Shown: positions 24,201-35,986, counted from the first letter of the whole stretch. The stretch: DNA of 63,607 bases, filler included, from Circinaria calcarea (GCA_051942165.1; 6 parts of 6 records of this genome joined end to end with filler, not necessarily neighbours in it); one strand, 5' to 3'. Notes: generated by a model from the letters alone, not told the origin. A program made the numbers and translations.

Positions 24201-26102
24201 TAAAAGGAAGCGGTTTCGAAGCGATATTATATTCGTAAGAATCTAAACTATCTAGATTCTAATCCATACCATAATATTATCTAGATTCTTATAAGCAAAT
24301 GCTCAATCTTTTAAGAGCCTTCCCTCGCCACCTTCCTTAATATTATCATCGTTCTTGTAATCAACGTTAGTAGGTGTAATACTTTCCGTCTATCTAGACT
24401 GCATTAGTGTCCTCTTAGTTTTTCTTCTTTGCATTCAACATCCGCTCCCACTCTGCTTCAGGCGTATATTTTTGTAGCAACGGCTGTCTCTTAGCAGTTT
24501 CCCCAGATAAGCAAATGAAGCCTGCAACTTCTAAGGAAGTCAGCATCGTAGCGGTCCGAGAAATTTGACTGTGGGGAACCACACCAATACTATCGGCGTA
24601 ACATGCCTATCATCCTCGGTGTCAGTTGCCACACGAGGGTTAAATCGGAGAATACCAGCGATAAATAACAGTATCTTACTGCATTAGCACAATTTGAAAT
24701 GTATCCATCGAAGTCTTCTTCTCGTGTATATCGCTAGCATATATAAGGATATTTTCGATAAAGGCAAGGTCCATGGCTTCCGGAATCGCGGTTGGGTGCG
24801 CCCAGATAAGAACGGTGGTGTCTTCGGTGCTATCGGGGCAGGGCCAGAAGGTGTAGGGAAGTCAGATTAGACTCTCGTGGAAGTTTCAGCAGGGGTAGAG
24901 ATGCTATCAATGGCGCCAAAGGTTGAGATACTACCCAGTTTGCCTGAAAAAACCAGAAAGACTCGATTTGATCGAAGTGGAGGTATAATGGAAGGCTCTA
25001 GAAGGAGACAATCAGCATTAAGCTTAGCAGATATCGGGGAGGGAAGTACTTGAGGGTACGCTTTACCTTTTTGGCAGAGGGGATGGTCGTGTTTGTAGGT
25101 TGCTTGTATCACAACTCTTTGGTTTGGTGGCTGTTAGTTGCTCTTCTTCGGCATTGAAGGGAAGATGGGACTGACGTGGCATTCCGCGTGGAAAGAGGCT
25201 TGAGGAACTTGATGAGAAAAGAGCCTTCGAAAAGAGAGAATGGCCTTGAAATGACCGGTTCACCGTCTGCAGAGCCGTCATCCCGCTTCTGCGCCATTTC
25301 TCGTTCAGCTTGAGTGAGAAGAGGAGATGGAATCAACGGGCCACTTGGAGTTGATGTTGCATAGCCATTCCGATGGTATGAAGAAGGGGATAATGTCATG
25401 AGCTCGTGCGTATCCCGGCATTCATGAGATAGGTAGGGTGGTCAAATGAGCTGAGCATCTTCGGGCTCAATCCAGCTTGCCAGTGGGGGACAAGCTCAAC
25501 AAGGCTAGCATATAACACGCCCCAGTGCAACGGTGATGATGCGGCGATTCGCCTCGTTTGTCTTCTTCTGCGGATTAAACCCGAAGTCTTCTTATTAATT
25601 CCTTCATCAGAGTCGGAAGGTTTGGGTGAAGTACAGTACACGACCGGTTGGGTGAAATTCTGTTGCATTAAAGGCTAACTAACTAGCTGTGTCGGCTGTA
25701 GAGGTGCGCTCTGCCATTGTAAGGCAAGCCTAATTGGGTGTTGACTGCAATCAATATGTTAGCAACCTCATCTCTCTCTTTCTTCGCACAGACGGTGGTA
25801 ATAAGAATGGGCTGTAATTCTCGAGTACCCGTGACGGAGGTGTCAGACGTGGAGCCAGATACGGTGGCATGAATCGACATTACGGTAATAGCAAATTCTG
25901 GAATTTTGTTTCTGGAAAATTGCTTTTCGACTTCGTGTACACCAGCTCTCTGTCGTTCCCGCTATAGCAATTACTATGGCATCAGCGACAGCGAATGGAA
26001 TTAGATAAGTAGCTTAAAATAATACTTTTACAAAACAAACCTCTGTTATTTGCGCTGCAGTTATTCACTTATAGATTTGTAATAGACTGCGAACACCCTA
26101 TG

Positions 26103-26423
26103 AGTTATAGTGCCACGCCATACCCTGGTTAACCAAGGGCCGGAACGAAGGGAATAGGGGCTGGGTGCTTCCAGTACCCTCGGTTTTGGCAGAGGAGCAA
26201 TGGGACATACTACGTAAATACTCCAGGTGCTCCCACTGGGGATCAGTGCGAGCCATGGGAGCAAAAATACTAAATAAGCAGGTTATTCCCGCTCATTAGA
26301 ATAGCATACTTATAGACTATAATGAAATAACAATAGACCAATACTACGTTTTTAGTAATCGTGTGCACCGGGAGTGACTTTATTTCTTAAACAAGTCTAG
26401 CATATTCTAATAACCTTACAACA
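26103..26423 (+). mobile_element. Degenerate solo LTR related to the 9459/10339 LTR family
   Basis: Start agttatagtgccacgccat resembles tgttatggcgccagcaccat. Internal aggttattcccgctcattagaatagcatacttatagac resembles aggctattcgccgctctttagaataatatatttatagac. Ends in ...ttacaaca. No clear TSD. Confidence 0.6.
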
Positions 26424-26609
26424 TAGCTCGATTGTAAGTCGTGAGAATCAAATGCATTTAGTCTTCTAAAAACGTATTCTCTGAATTTTCCTTTTTTGAA
26501 TTGTCAATCTGTTTTCAACAGCCCTTGTGATCTATTATGTTAGTTATATAGTGCTAAACAGAAAACAGGAACTTACTTCTAACCAAGATGAATAGTTCCG
26601 CTGGCCACA

Positions 26610-27206
26610 TCATTTGAACATGTAGTATTTGGTGCGCTCAAACCATCGCACAGCGAAATGGGTCTTTAGCACTTGGGTTTCTGAATCCATGTTTTGAAGA
26701 ACGGCCACCATTTCGTCCGCTGGCAGTGTGTTCAGGTATTCTAGGAAAACCTGTAAGAACCGATCGTTGTACTTAACAATTTTCCAACCCTTGCTCATTT
26801 CCTCTAGAGATATGGAATTATCCATAGAGCGTGCGCAAAGCAGATACTCGTGGACGAGAAGCACTATGCTATCCTGTAGCTCCCTAATAAGAAGGTAGTC
26901 TGCCCACACCCATATTTCCGCCAATGTCTGGAGCTGAATATCTCCTAAGTTCTGTTTGGGGAGTGCAAGCGTGTCGTAATAGATCCAATTTAAAACGTGT
27001 TGAAATGCCTCCGGATTGTCTGGCGAGAGATCTATAGTTTGAGTCTCCTCTTCGATGAAACGTGGGTTCGTCAACGCTGGTTTGAAATACGAGCCGGCTT
27101 TCTCGAGTAATAATGCTTGATGTACTGTAAAGCTCGATGTACCAACTCGAAGGTACACAGGGTGGCTAGCAAGCCACCTAAAATAATCAGGGAATGCGCT
27201 ATCCAT
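26610..27206 (-). CDS. BTB/POZ-domain protein (fungal expanded type)
   Basis: VYLRVGTSSFTVHQALL...SYFKPAL...FIEEETQTIDLSPDNPEAFQHVLNWIYY...LAEIWVWADYLLIRELQD. Confidence 0.85.
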   Translation of the reverse strand: MDSAFPDYFRWLASHPVYLRVGTSSFTVHQALLLEKAGSYFKPALTNPRFIEEETQTIDLSPDNPEAFQHVLNWIYYDTLALPKQNLGDIQLQTLAEIWVWADYLLIRELQDSIVLLVHEYLLCARSMDNSISLEEMSKGWKIVKYNDRFLQVFLEYLNTLPADEMVAVLQNMDSETQVLKTHFAVRWFERTKYYMFK

Positions 27207-27482
27207 GCTAGACAGTTCACTTACGTCGGTTTAAATAGATTGTCGGTGGACATCTCGAGAGTGTGCAACAAGTAATGTTGTGGCTAACCACGAATTGAGG
27301 CGGAAACAACTACCTCGGTGTATGAAATCAAAGAGAGCAAATGTTATTACTACCAGCTTGTTGGTTTAGCGTAGTAAGTATGAGCTTTGTAAAAAATATT
27401 GGGAAACAACAATTAAAAATCGACAGTGTCAATTAAGTTGGTTGCTGGGGTGATAACGTATATGTTATAGCGCGATGCCATA

Positions 27483-27696
27483 CTGGTCTGCAGGGGTAAT
27501 AATTGTTGGCGCCGTTTTTTTTACAACCCCTACATCAGGCCTAAAAAAATATTTAATTTGCTTGGAAAAATTCAGACATCTCCGGGAGATATATTTAATG
27601 ATATCAGTCCCTTTTTCTAGCTTTTTATACCGTTACTGTTGAGACAACAAGGGGAGAACCAAAACGGCGCCAACGATTATTACCCCTGCAGACCAG
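27483..27696. mobile_element. Tc1/mariner-type MITE (214 bp), 36-bp TIRs, TA target-site duplication
   Basis: Left ctggtctgcaggggtaataattgttggcgccgtttt matches the reverse complement of the right end with one mismatch. TA at 27481-27482 and 27697-27698. Confidence 0.9.
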
Positions 27697-27699
27697 TAC

Positions 27700-27972
27700 C
27701 TGAGTTAATTAAGAACCGGAGCGGAGGAACTAGAGGCCTGCTGCTTCTACTTTGGCATAGGAGCACCGGGAGCACAATACGTGACGTGCTCCGGGTGCTT
27801 TTTATGCTCCCTTAAGGGAAACTGTCAAGAATAGGGGTTCTACACTGCGTGGAGGAACTAGTATTCGGAGCGGTCGAACTATCCACCGAACACATATATG
27901 GCAGAGGTTTCTGCTATGTGGTTCCATAGTGAAGTCCACACACATAGACTGGTAGTTACCATAGCCAATACA
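27700..27972. mobile_element. Possible degenerate LTR-like remnant(s)
   Basis: Repeated ggagca/tgctcc motifs as in the contig-1 LTRs. A segment tgtcaag...ccaataca has TG..CA ends. No TSD seen. Confidence 0.3.
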
Positions 27973-30900
27973 GCCTATTCCACCCTGTATTACCTCCATT
28001 ATTTTACAAAGCGAAAAAAACACGAGACCTTGAAGTATTCAACAGGGCACAGTTAGAAAAGGAGAGAAAAGGTTTGCTCAAATATCGCTTGTAATATTAA
28101 ATAGAGCGTCTTTACTGATCTATACGTGTGAAAGAGAACGATCGGATTCAACTTCTATCTATGTTATCCTCTGTTCAGTATGAGATAAAACATCAGAAGA
28201 TGAGGAGGCTTAGACATCAACAGACTGGGGCTTGGCTGACGGAAACGGCTGAATTTCAGACCTGGAAACGCAGCGGAGAGTCTGCTTGTTTGTGCTGTTA
28301 TGGAATACGTATATCCACCCGTTGCATATTTCATGCTATGAGCCGTTACTAATAGTTATTCAATACCAGCTGGATCTGGAAAGACAATTCTAGCGTAAGT
28401 CTCCGAAACCCATTTTATCAGATTTCCTGAATCTAACTGTGCCCTATGTCACTAGTTCGAACGTAATTGATATTCTGTTGAACGAGGTTCACCATGAGGG
28501 AGCGGTTGCCTATCATTATTGTAATTATTCAGACCAGAAGACACTTGAAACCTCATCCATCTTAGGGACAGTCATAAAACAGTTACTGTTAAGGCGTCCT
28601 ATCATACCAGATTCAGTGGACTCTCTTTTGCGGGAAGCCTACAAATCCGGTATCAGAGTCCCGGACAAAGATGAGCTGGTTGAAATTCTTTGCTCGATCC
28701 TGACTTCATGTTATCAAGATGCGTTTCTGGTGATTGATGGGCTGGATGAGTGCGGACAGGAAGTGCAAGGGGAGGTATTGTCTATCGTAAGATATATGAT
28801 GGCATTAGATCGGGTGACTGTCAAATTCTACATCTCAAGCCGCCAAGATACACAAATCTCAACAACATTAGGAGACTATCCCCAAATAAACATACACGAG
28901 TCACAGCTTAAAGGAGATATCACTCTATTTGTCGAAGAAACTGTCAAATCGAAGATAGACGAGGGAGATTTGGTACTTCGCGATCCTGCGTTGAAACAAG
29001 AAATTGTCTCGGAACTGGTTGCTAAGGCACATGGAATGTTTGTATCCCTTTCGAATGAATATCTGCTATAATTTTCACTCACACTGCTAGGTTTTTGTGG
29101 GTATTCCTCCAATTAGAGGACATATGTGATGCAACACAATCAGATGCCGGAATTCGGGAAACCCTTCGACATCTACCGGAAGGTTTAATAGCAACGTATC
29201 AGCGGATATTGATGAAGATAGGGCAGAGAAATTCACGAAACATGAAATTGGTACAAAAGATTCTGAAATGGGTTCTCTCCGCAAGGCGGCCCTTATCGAT
29301 TGGCGAACTGAAAGAAGCTATTGCAGTTGAACCCGGGGATAAGGCGTGGGACATTGGAAAGATATCGACAGATCCTAATGGGCAACGCCTTATACAGTCC
29401 TGCGGAAATCTAGTAGTCCTAGACATTGAAGATGGTGCTGTTCACCTTATTCATCACAGCGTTCAACAGTACCTGCTCTCGGAGCAACAGACTGGCTCAT
29501 CGCCCGACTTCCATTTTAAACTTTCACAGGTTAACCTCTATGCTGCAGATGTCTGTGTAACCTATCTTTCTTTCTCAGACTTTGAGACTCAGATTACAGC
29601 ATCGCCACCTAATCGCGTCCTCGAACGTACTGGCATCCTTGCACCGGCAGGGGTGGGACAGATTGCTACCGTGTTGGGGGCTGGAACACGACTCTATGAC
29701 GCACTGCACTGGCTATGGCGTGGAGACGACAAGCAGAGTTTACCTGACCTTGACTATTCAGTACTCGTGTCCAAGGCCAAAAAGAAAATAGCTACACCAG
29801 AATTAGACAGCAAATACCGTTTCCTCAATTATGCCATTCGGCATTGGGCTTGGCATACGTCTGGCTTGTCTTATCCAGAGTCCCCGGAAGAAGGCATGTG
29901 GTTAATGTTCAAACATCTCGCTCTGAATAAGACAATGACATTTAATTTTCGAAGCTGGGGCCCCAACCTGGGACCACCATCCCTACCATACATGACACTC
30001 TTTCTATGGGCTGTCGAAGCAGGTCATGAACCTCTTCTAGCTTTACTCCTGAGACCAACAACTGGCCTACCTCTGGCGGCCTATTATCGCTATGCCAAGG
30101 AACACAACCCTGAAGCTATATCCAGTGCATTTAGTCATGGGCATCTACGAACCATAAGGCTTTTGACAGCTGATGACAAGTCTGTTCTGGCAGATCCCGA
30201 GCTATTCTTGAAAGCCGCTGAGAATGGTCATGAAGCGGTAATGCAATATATGTTAGAGCGCACGCCCTATACTAATCTCGATGATCTACGGACAAGAGAT
30301 GGAGGCATAGCCTTTAAAAAAGCAATGAAGAACAACCATGTGGCAATGGTTCAGCTGCTACACAAATGGGGCTTCGAGGGGCCTGTACTGACAGCCGAAA
30401 TAGTTTTCTGGGCTGCTAAGCATGGCCACACAACTACACTACAGTACCTGATTAATGAGGTACCCCACCTCGATCTTAACGCGAAAATAGCATTCGAAAA
30501 TCAATCTTTACACATCGCAGGCTCCAATGAACATGCGTCAACAACACAGTTGCTAATTGAAAGAACGGCTTCCCTGGACTCAGAAAATATGGAAGGAGAA
30601 ACAGCGCTTGATCTAGCTGTTTTGAACGGGCACGAATCGGCGATAAAGCTACTACTTAAGAAAGGTGCTTTAATTGATGCCCGTGATGGAAACAGAAACA
30701 CCACGCTGGTGCTGGCAGCTTTAATCGAGCACAGCAAGGTAGCGCCGCTACTCCTAGATGCTTGCCTTTATGGAGCAGCAGCCACTGGTGAAGCAGCAAC
30801 CGTGCAGTTCCTTTTAAAACATGGAGCCAAGATTGAAGCAGTAGATCCTCATGGGGGAGTCACGGCCTTACACAAAGCAGTAGCGAACGGCCATGAAGCG

Positions 30901-31789
30901 GTTGTACGGCTGCTAGTCGAAAAAGGGGCGAATGTTGAAGCAGTTGGTGTTTATAAACGCACATCCCTTCATATCGCATCAGCGCGCGGCCGTGAAACCA
31001 TTGTACGGTTACTATTGGAACATGGAGCCAATGTTGAACCACTTGATGATAAGGAGAGTACACCCTTACACGAATCAGCATCGTGCGGCCATAAAGCCAT
31101 CGCACAGTTACTATTGGAACATGGAGCCAATATTGAAGCAGTTGATGTTCATAAGGACACACCCTTACACAAAGCAGTATTATTCGGAAATGAAGCTACT
31201 GTACGGCTGCTGGTGGAGAAGGGGGCGAATATTGAAGCAGTTGATGTTCGTAAGAACACAGCCTTACACAAAGCAGCATTCTTCGGAAATGAAGCTACTG
31301 TACGGCTGCTGGTCCAAAAAGGGTTGAATATTGAAACAGTTGATGGTGATAAGCGCACACCTTTGCATATAACAGCAGCAAAAGGCCACGAAAAAGTAGT
31401 ACGGCTACTAGTGGAAAAAGGGGCGAACATTGAAGCAGTTGATAAAGATGAGAGCACACCCTTACATAAAGCAGCATTCTTCGGCCATGAAGCTATTGTA
31501 CAGCTACTATTGGAAAAGGGAGCGAACGTTGAAGCAGTTGATATTGATGAGAGCACACCCTTACATGAAGCAGCAATGAACGGCTATGAAGCTGTGGTAC
31601 GGCTGCTGGTCCAAAAAGAGGCGGACACTGAAGCAGTCGATGGTTATAAGAGCACACCGTTGCATATAGCAGCAGCGAGAGGCCACGAAGACGTTATACA
31701 GCTATTATTGGAAAAGGGAGCGAACGTGAAAGCAGTTGATAAAGATGAGAGCACACCCTTACATGAAGCAGCAAGGAACGGCCATGAAG
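27973..31789 (+). CDS. Fungal NLR: NACHT NTPase, winged helix and ankyrin repeats; N-terminal domain missing, 3' end truncated by contig end
   Basis: HQQTGAWLTETAEFQTW. Walker A (YGI-PGSGKTILA) is rebuilt across introns 28309-28369 and 28395-28455. Walker B FLVIDGLDEC, KFYISSR, GMFLWVFLQL across an intron, ARRPLSIGELKEAIA and VHLIHHSVQQYL follow, then more than 10 ankyrin repeats. Confidence 0.9.
30860..31789 (+). repeat. High-identity 99-bp tandem ankyrin repeats (at least 9)
   Basis: Recurrent gaagcagttgat...cacacccttaca(c/t)...ggcca(t/c)gaa units, each 33 aa (xTPLHxAxxxGHExxVxLLxEKGANxEAVD). Confidence 0.9.
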
Positions 31790-31889
31790 NNNNNNNNNNN
31801 NNNNNNNNNNNNNNNNNNNNNNNNNNNNNNNNNTTAATTAATTAANNNNNNNNNNNNNNNNNNNNNNNNNNNNNNNNNNNNNNNNNNNN
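31790..31889. other. Artificial contig linker
   Basis: N44-TTAATTAATTAA-N44. Confidence 0.98.
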
Positions 31890-32400
31890 CTCTCCCCCTC
31901 TCCTCCTCCACCCTCCACCTTACCCTCCACCTCACCCTCACCCGGGAGCCCGGAGTCCGGAGCCCGAAGCCCGGGGCCCGGGGCCCGGGCGTATGTGTTG
32001 TTGGGGTAAATTAGATTGAGATGAAGGACGGAAATTGGTTTCCCAGGTCCCGGATCCCGGGTTCCCGAAAGTGTTTGGTGGCGGGAGAAGTTTAGGGGCG
32101 AAGGGCGAAGGGCAAAGGGCAAAGGGCAAAGGGCAAAAGAACGACGGCAGAAAAAGGGATTTTCTTTCGGTTTTGGCTTTTTTTTCTCTCTGGGGGAATT
32201 CTCTGCCCCGGGGGGGGGGTCTCCGACGGTGGTCCCGGTTGGAATTCTCAGCAAAAGTCATGGACCACGGACCACGGACCATGGACCACGGGTGCATGTG
32301 CATGTGGATGAGATTTGTTAGTAGTAGTGGTAGTGGTAATGGTGGTAGGTTGTTGTTTTTTTGGTGTTTTGGGTTTGGGGGGGGGGGGATTTTATACCTG
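31890..32400. repeat. Low-complexity tract of short 6-7-mer repeats
   Basis: Runs of cccggag/cccgggg, (ggcaaag)n, (ggaccac/t)n, (gta/gtg)n and G homopolymers. Confidence 0.7.
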
Positions 32401-32588
32401 AAAGCCAGCTAGCTGTTCTGTTCGGGAATCTAGCGAAACATAAGGAAGGAAAGCCCGGCGACATCCCCTAACTAACTCTTGCTTGGAATCTTAATGTACT
32501 GCGCGGAATGTTTTTTTTTCCCCCCGAATATTTTCAAAAGAGGGTAAAGGCAAGTGCCCAGTACACATGGACGCACGCGTCCAACAAT

Positions 32589-33840
32589 TTACTCTTCCCA
32601 CCGCAAACTCCACGTCCTCCTCCCCCTCCGAAACAGAACAATCTGTACCCCACCCCCGTCACCACGTCCGCAATAACTTCATCTCCCCTCAGCAGCATAA
32701 TCCGCTTATTCTTCTTATCCGACGCTCTGTAAAACGCTCTGCCGAAGCCACTTAGAAACCCCTTCAGCACTTCTTTGGTGATATCCTCTTCCGTCAAGAC
32801 CCCCCGCCCGCAAGCCATTTCGAAGGCGTCGAGTACGAGTTGGGTGGCGTAGGGCTGGGTGAAGAAGAAGAGAGAAGAGAAGAAGAAGAAGAAAGAAGAG
32901 AAAGAAGAGAAAGAAGAGACTCCAGCGGCGATCTTGGCGCCGATTTTGGCGGCGATGAGGTGGGGAGCACTATCGGTCCCGAGGAAGAATTTTGGGTCCC
33001 CGGACGCGGCCGCACGGAGAAGGGCCTCGCGATCGGAAGGCAGTTTGGCGACTGGTTTACAGAAGCAGAACGGGTTACCCGCCTAATCGTCCACGGTCAG
33101 GCAGAGATGATGGGGTGCTATCATCGCGGCGACTTTGGGCCCGCAGTTCTTAACTGCTGCAACTGCGGTGGCGGTGGTGCAGTGCTCGAGAATGATGCGC
33201 AGATTCGGGAAGCGCGTGTGAAGGTCGAGGAGGGTAGGGAGGAAGCTCTCTTCCGCATTCAGGACCGTGACGTCTTTCCCGGAAGGGGACTCGCCGTGGA
33301 GATTGAGTATCAGGTTCTGTGTTTCCATCTCGGCGAAGACGGGGTAAAAGGACGCGTAGTCGACGATGCCGGAAGAAGAATTGGTTGTAACCTAGGAAAC
33401 ATGATCAGTGTGGGAGGACTGCGCTGGAAATGGGAGATGAAATGAGAAAGATGGACAATACGAACGCCTGCCGGGTACGACTTGACCCTGGTTATACCTC
33501 CCTCCTTTGCTTCTATAATGATTTCGCGCGTGATACTGGGGTGGAGGTATAGAGACATGAGAAAGTCGACATCCGGTTCAATGCCCCAAAGGTGGCTGCG
33601 ATAGGAGAGTGTATGCTGAACAGTCGTAATCGGCGGCACCGAGTTTGACATGACCTGGGCCCATTGCTTAGTATGAGTGACATGGATAGCAAATTGCTTT
33701 GTCTGATGGACGTATACTGTATTCACTCCTCCCTGCCGTACAGTTAGAGGTTACAACCTCACAAACCTCATTCTCCGTAGATGAACATGCATATCAGCGG
33801 TCGCCGCCAGTTGGACATTGTAAAACCTTTCGAGTGGCAT
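32589..33840 (-). pseudogene. URA4: Dihydroorotase (URA4/pyrC homodimeric type) pseudogene
   Basis: [69 protein letters not shown] and AGV..FTQPYA. Lesions: frameshifts near 33760-33775, TAG at 33083-33085 (conserved W), a 54-nt microsatellite insert and a frameshift near 32650. Confidence 0.88.
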
Positions 33841-34373
33841 GGTATATAAGAATAGAGAGTAACTTGTTAACGGGTTGTGAATGAGTTAAAATAGCTACTG
33901 AGATTGTAAATAGCCAATAATGCTAGATAGTTATAGATGTATTCTTGCACTAAAGATAATTACTCAGGCAATGCTAGGCAAAACTCATAAAGTTAAGTGA
34001 AACCAACACTAGTTTGATAAGTATAGTTATTCATTTCCTACAAAGATGGAGATCTCAACATAAGGTACCTGTTATAGGTAGAGTCGGTAGTATTCTGGTC
34101 TTAACCAGCACTAGGTACCTTAGCCCTAGGTCAAGCTTGACGTCAGCTAGCAGACCCTTGAGAAGCTTATTTTCGCTTTAAGCGTCGGCAAACTTAGTAT
34201 GTTTTCTCGATTAAAGATAGTCAGCCAGTTGCTTCAGTCACGAGTCCACAATAAGCTAATTGAATCTTTAAGGGTGGCCTCAAACATCGACTTGTATTAC
34301 TATCATGTGCCCAAACGTACACACTCTCTTACTATAGTATATACTATGCAGATTACATGACTTTCCGTGTCTT

Positions 34374-35986
34374 CTAAATCGGTACCGTTAGAGGGCACAT
34401 CGTACTGTTGTAGAGAGTCAGCGGTACAAACGTACAAGATATAAGCAAACCAGGACTGATGTTATGAAGCAGAAAAGTACGTACGATGCCCCTCCATCTA
34501 CCACCAGATTCGCACCTGTCATATAGCTGCTGAACCCGCTCGCCAAGAATCCGGCCGTGCGTGCAACCTCTGTTGGCGTACCCGCACGTTCGAGTCCAAT
34601 GTGAGCTTTCTGTGCCTAAAGGAGATGGGTCAGTACGAACTAGATGGGTTCACGTTCGTATCCGAGCGGATTCAGCATCCACCTACCTCCTTGGACTGTA
34701 GGCTTGAGGGTGGCAGTTGCGCCGACATTCCCCTCATATCAAAGTTCTTCAGATCGACACCAACATCGATTTGGCCGGGTGAAATACAGTTGATTCGAAC
34801 ACCTGAACCTAGCAGTCGAGATCTCAGCTTTATCATTATAGGTGGAGAAACCTACAAACCTTTGAGTACTGCGACTCCCGCTCTCACTACCCCCAATGCG
34901 GCGTGGGAGCTCATGGTGTAGCAAGGTCCCCAACATCCTGTGGATACCGTTAATACGGAGTTCATAGCGCGCCAACATACTTCGAGTGCCTAGTCTATCA
35001 ACAGGACTTGCTTACCTCCATATGTGCTGGCAACGCTACTAATGACAATGATACTCCCGTACTTCTGATCCTTTGGCGCCGCGTTCGGGTAGTGTCCTTT
35101 GGTGGCGAGCTTTCCCATAGCTGGCGGGGCGTACTTGAGTGCGAAGAAAGGCGCCATACTGTTAGCCTCGAAGCATTTCTGGAGGTCCGCCGGTGTGGTT
35201 GCATCCATCGAAGGTGGTCCTAGTAGGCCGGCAGATGAAACCCATACGTCGAGGCGCCCGAAAGAGTTTAGTACCTCATCAATGAGTTGCAATGTGTCTT
35301 GCTCGTTGGAAATGTTTAGAGGATACCCAATGACTTTTGTATTGGGATGGTCTTTGTTGACTTCCGCCGCTAACGAGGAATAGTCCTCGGTACTGGAACG
35401 AGTGCAAGCTTGGAAATGGCTATTAGTAACAGACAGAAAGATACAACTGAAAACTAGGGAAACTGTAGTAGCACAGAAGTAGAGGATACACCGTCCACCA
35501 AGGTAAAGGAGACCACAGAGGTAAACAGCATTTGGAGACACTGGGGCGGTTAACTGTTACATCCACTTCTTGGCGGATTGCTTTATCGAGTAAATGTTAT
35601 TATGGACGGCTAGTCTGTACGCTCCAGTTCCCGTTCTCAATCACGTTACATTCGACAGGAATACCTTGTCTGAGTGGAAAATGGATCCTTGTGTGGTGTG
35701 AGACATGGATAGACCTACCATAAATACATGCAGCACCATGAGCTTGGTAACTTGATCAGCATTCGTAAAAAGTGTGACCGTCTCGGAGCGAAGGCATCCT
35801 CGTACCGGCTAGTTCAAGAGTAACTGCTTTTCCAATGGGTTGTGTGGCACCTGTAACCACACATACGAAGCCGTACTAACCCACAAACCACCGTCAATGG
35901 CGTGCCAAACAGCCACAGCGCCATCGAATGAAACTCACCAGCTTTCCATCACTTCGATACGGAGAAAAGTATTCAGAGTCCGACAT
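34374..35986 (-). CDS. Short-chain dehydrogenase/reductase (multi-exon)
   Basis: Spliced model MSDSEYFSPYRSDGKL/YGFVCVVTGATQPIGKAVTLELA/AHGAACIY/ACTR...GRLDVWVSSAG...GSIIVISSVAS.../YTMSSHAALG/GVRINCISPG/FLASGFSSYMTGANLVVDGG/TMCPLTVPI*. Confidence 0.85.

Noticed and set aside
24300..25900. Minus-strand coding-like fragments in successive frames
   Set aside because: Probably an old pseudogene, but no family could be recognised.
30860..31789. Regularly spaced repeats as a CRISPR array
   Set aside because: They are in-frame 99-bp ankyrin coding units in a eukaryotic gene, with no unique spacers and no cas genes.
32840..33445. 201-aa plus-strand ORF with an E/R-rich start
   Set aside because: It is the antisense shadow of the URA4 pseudogene and its microsatellite.
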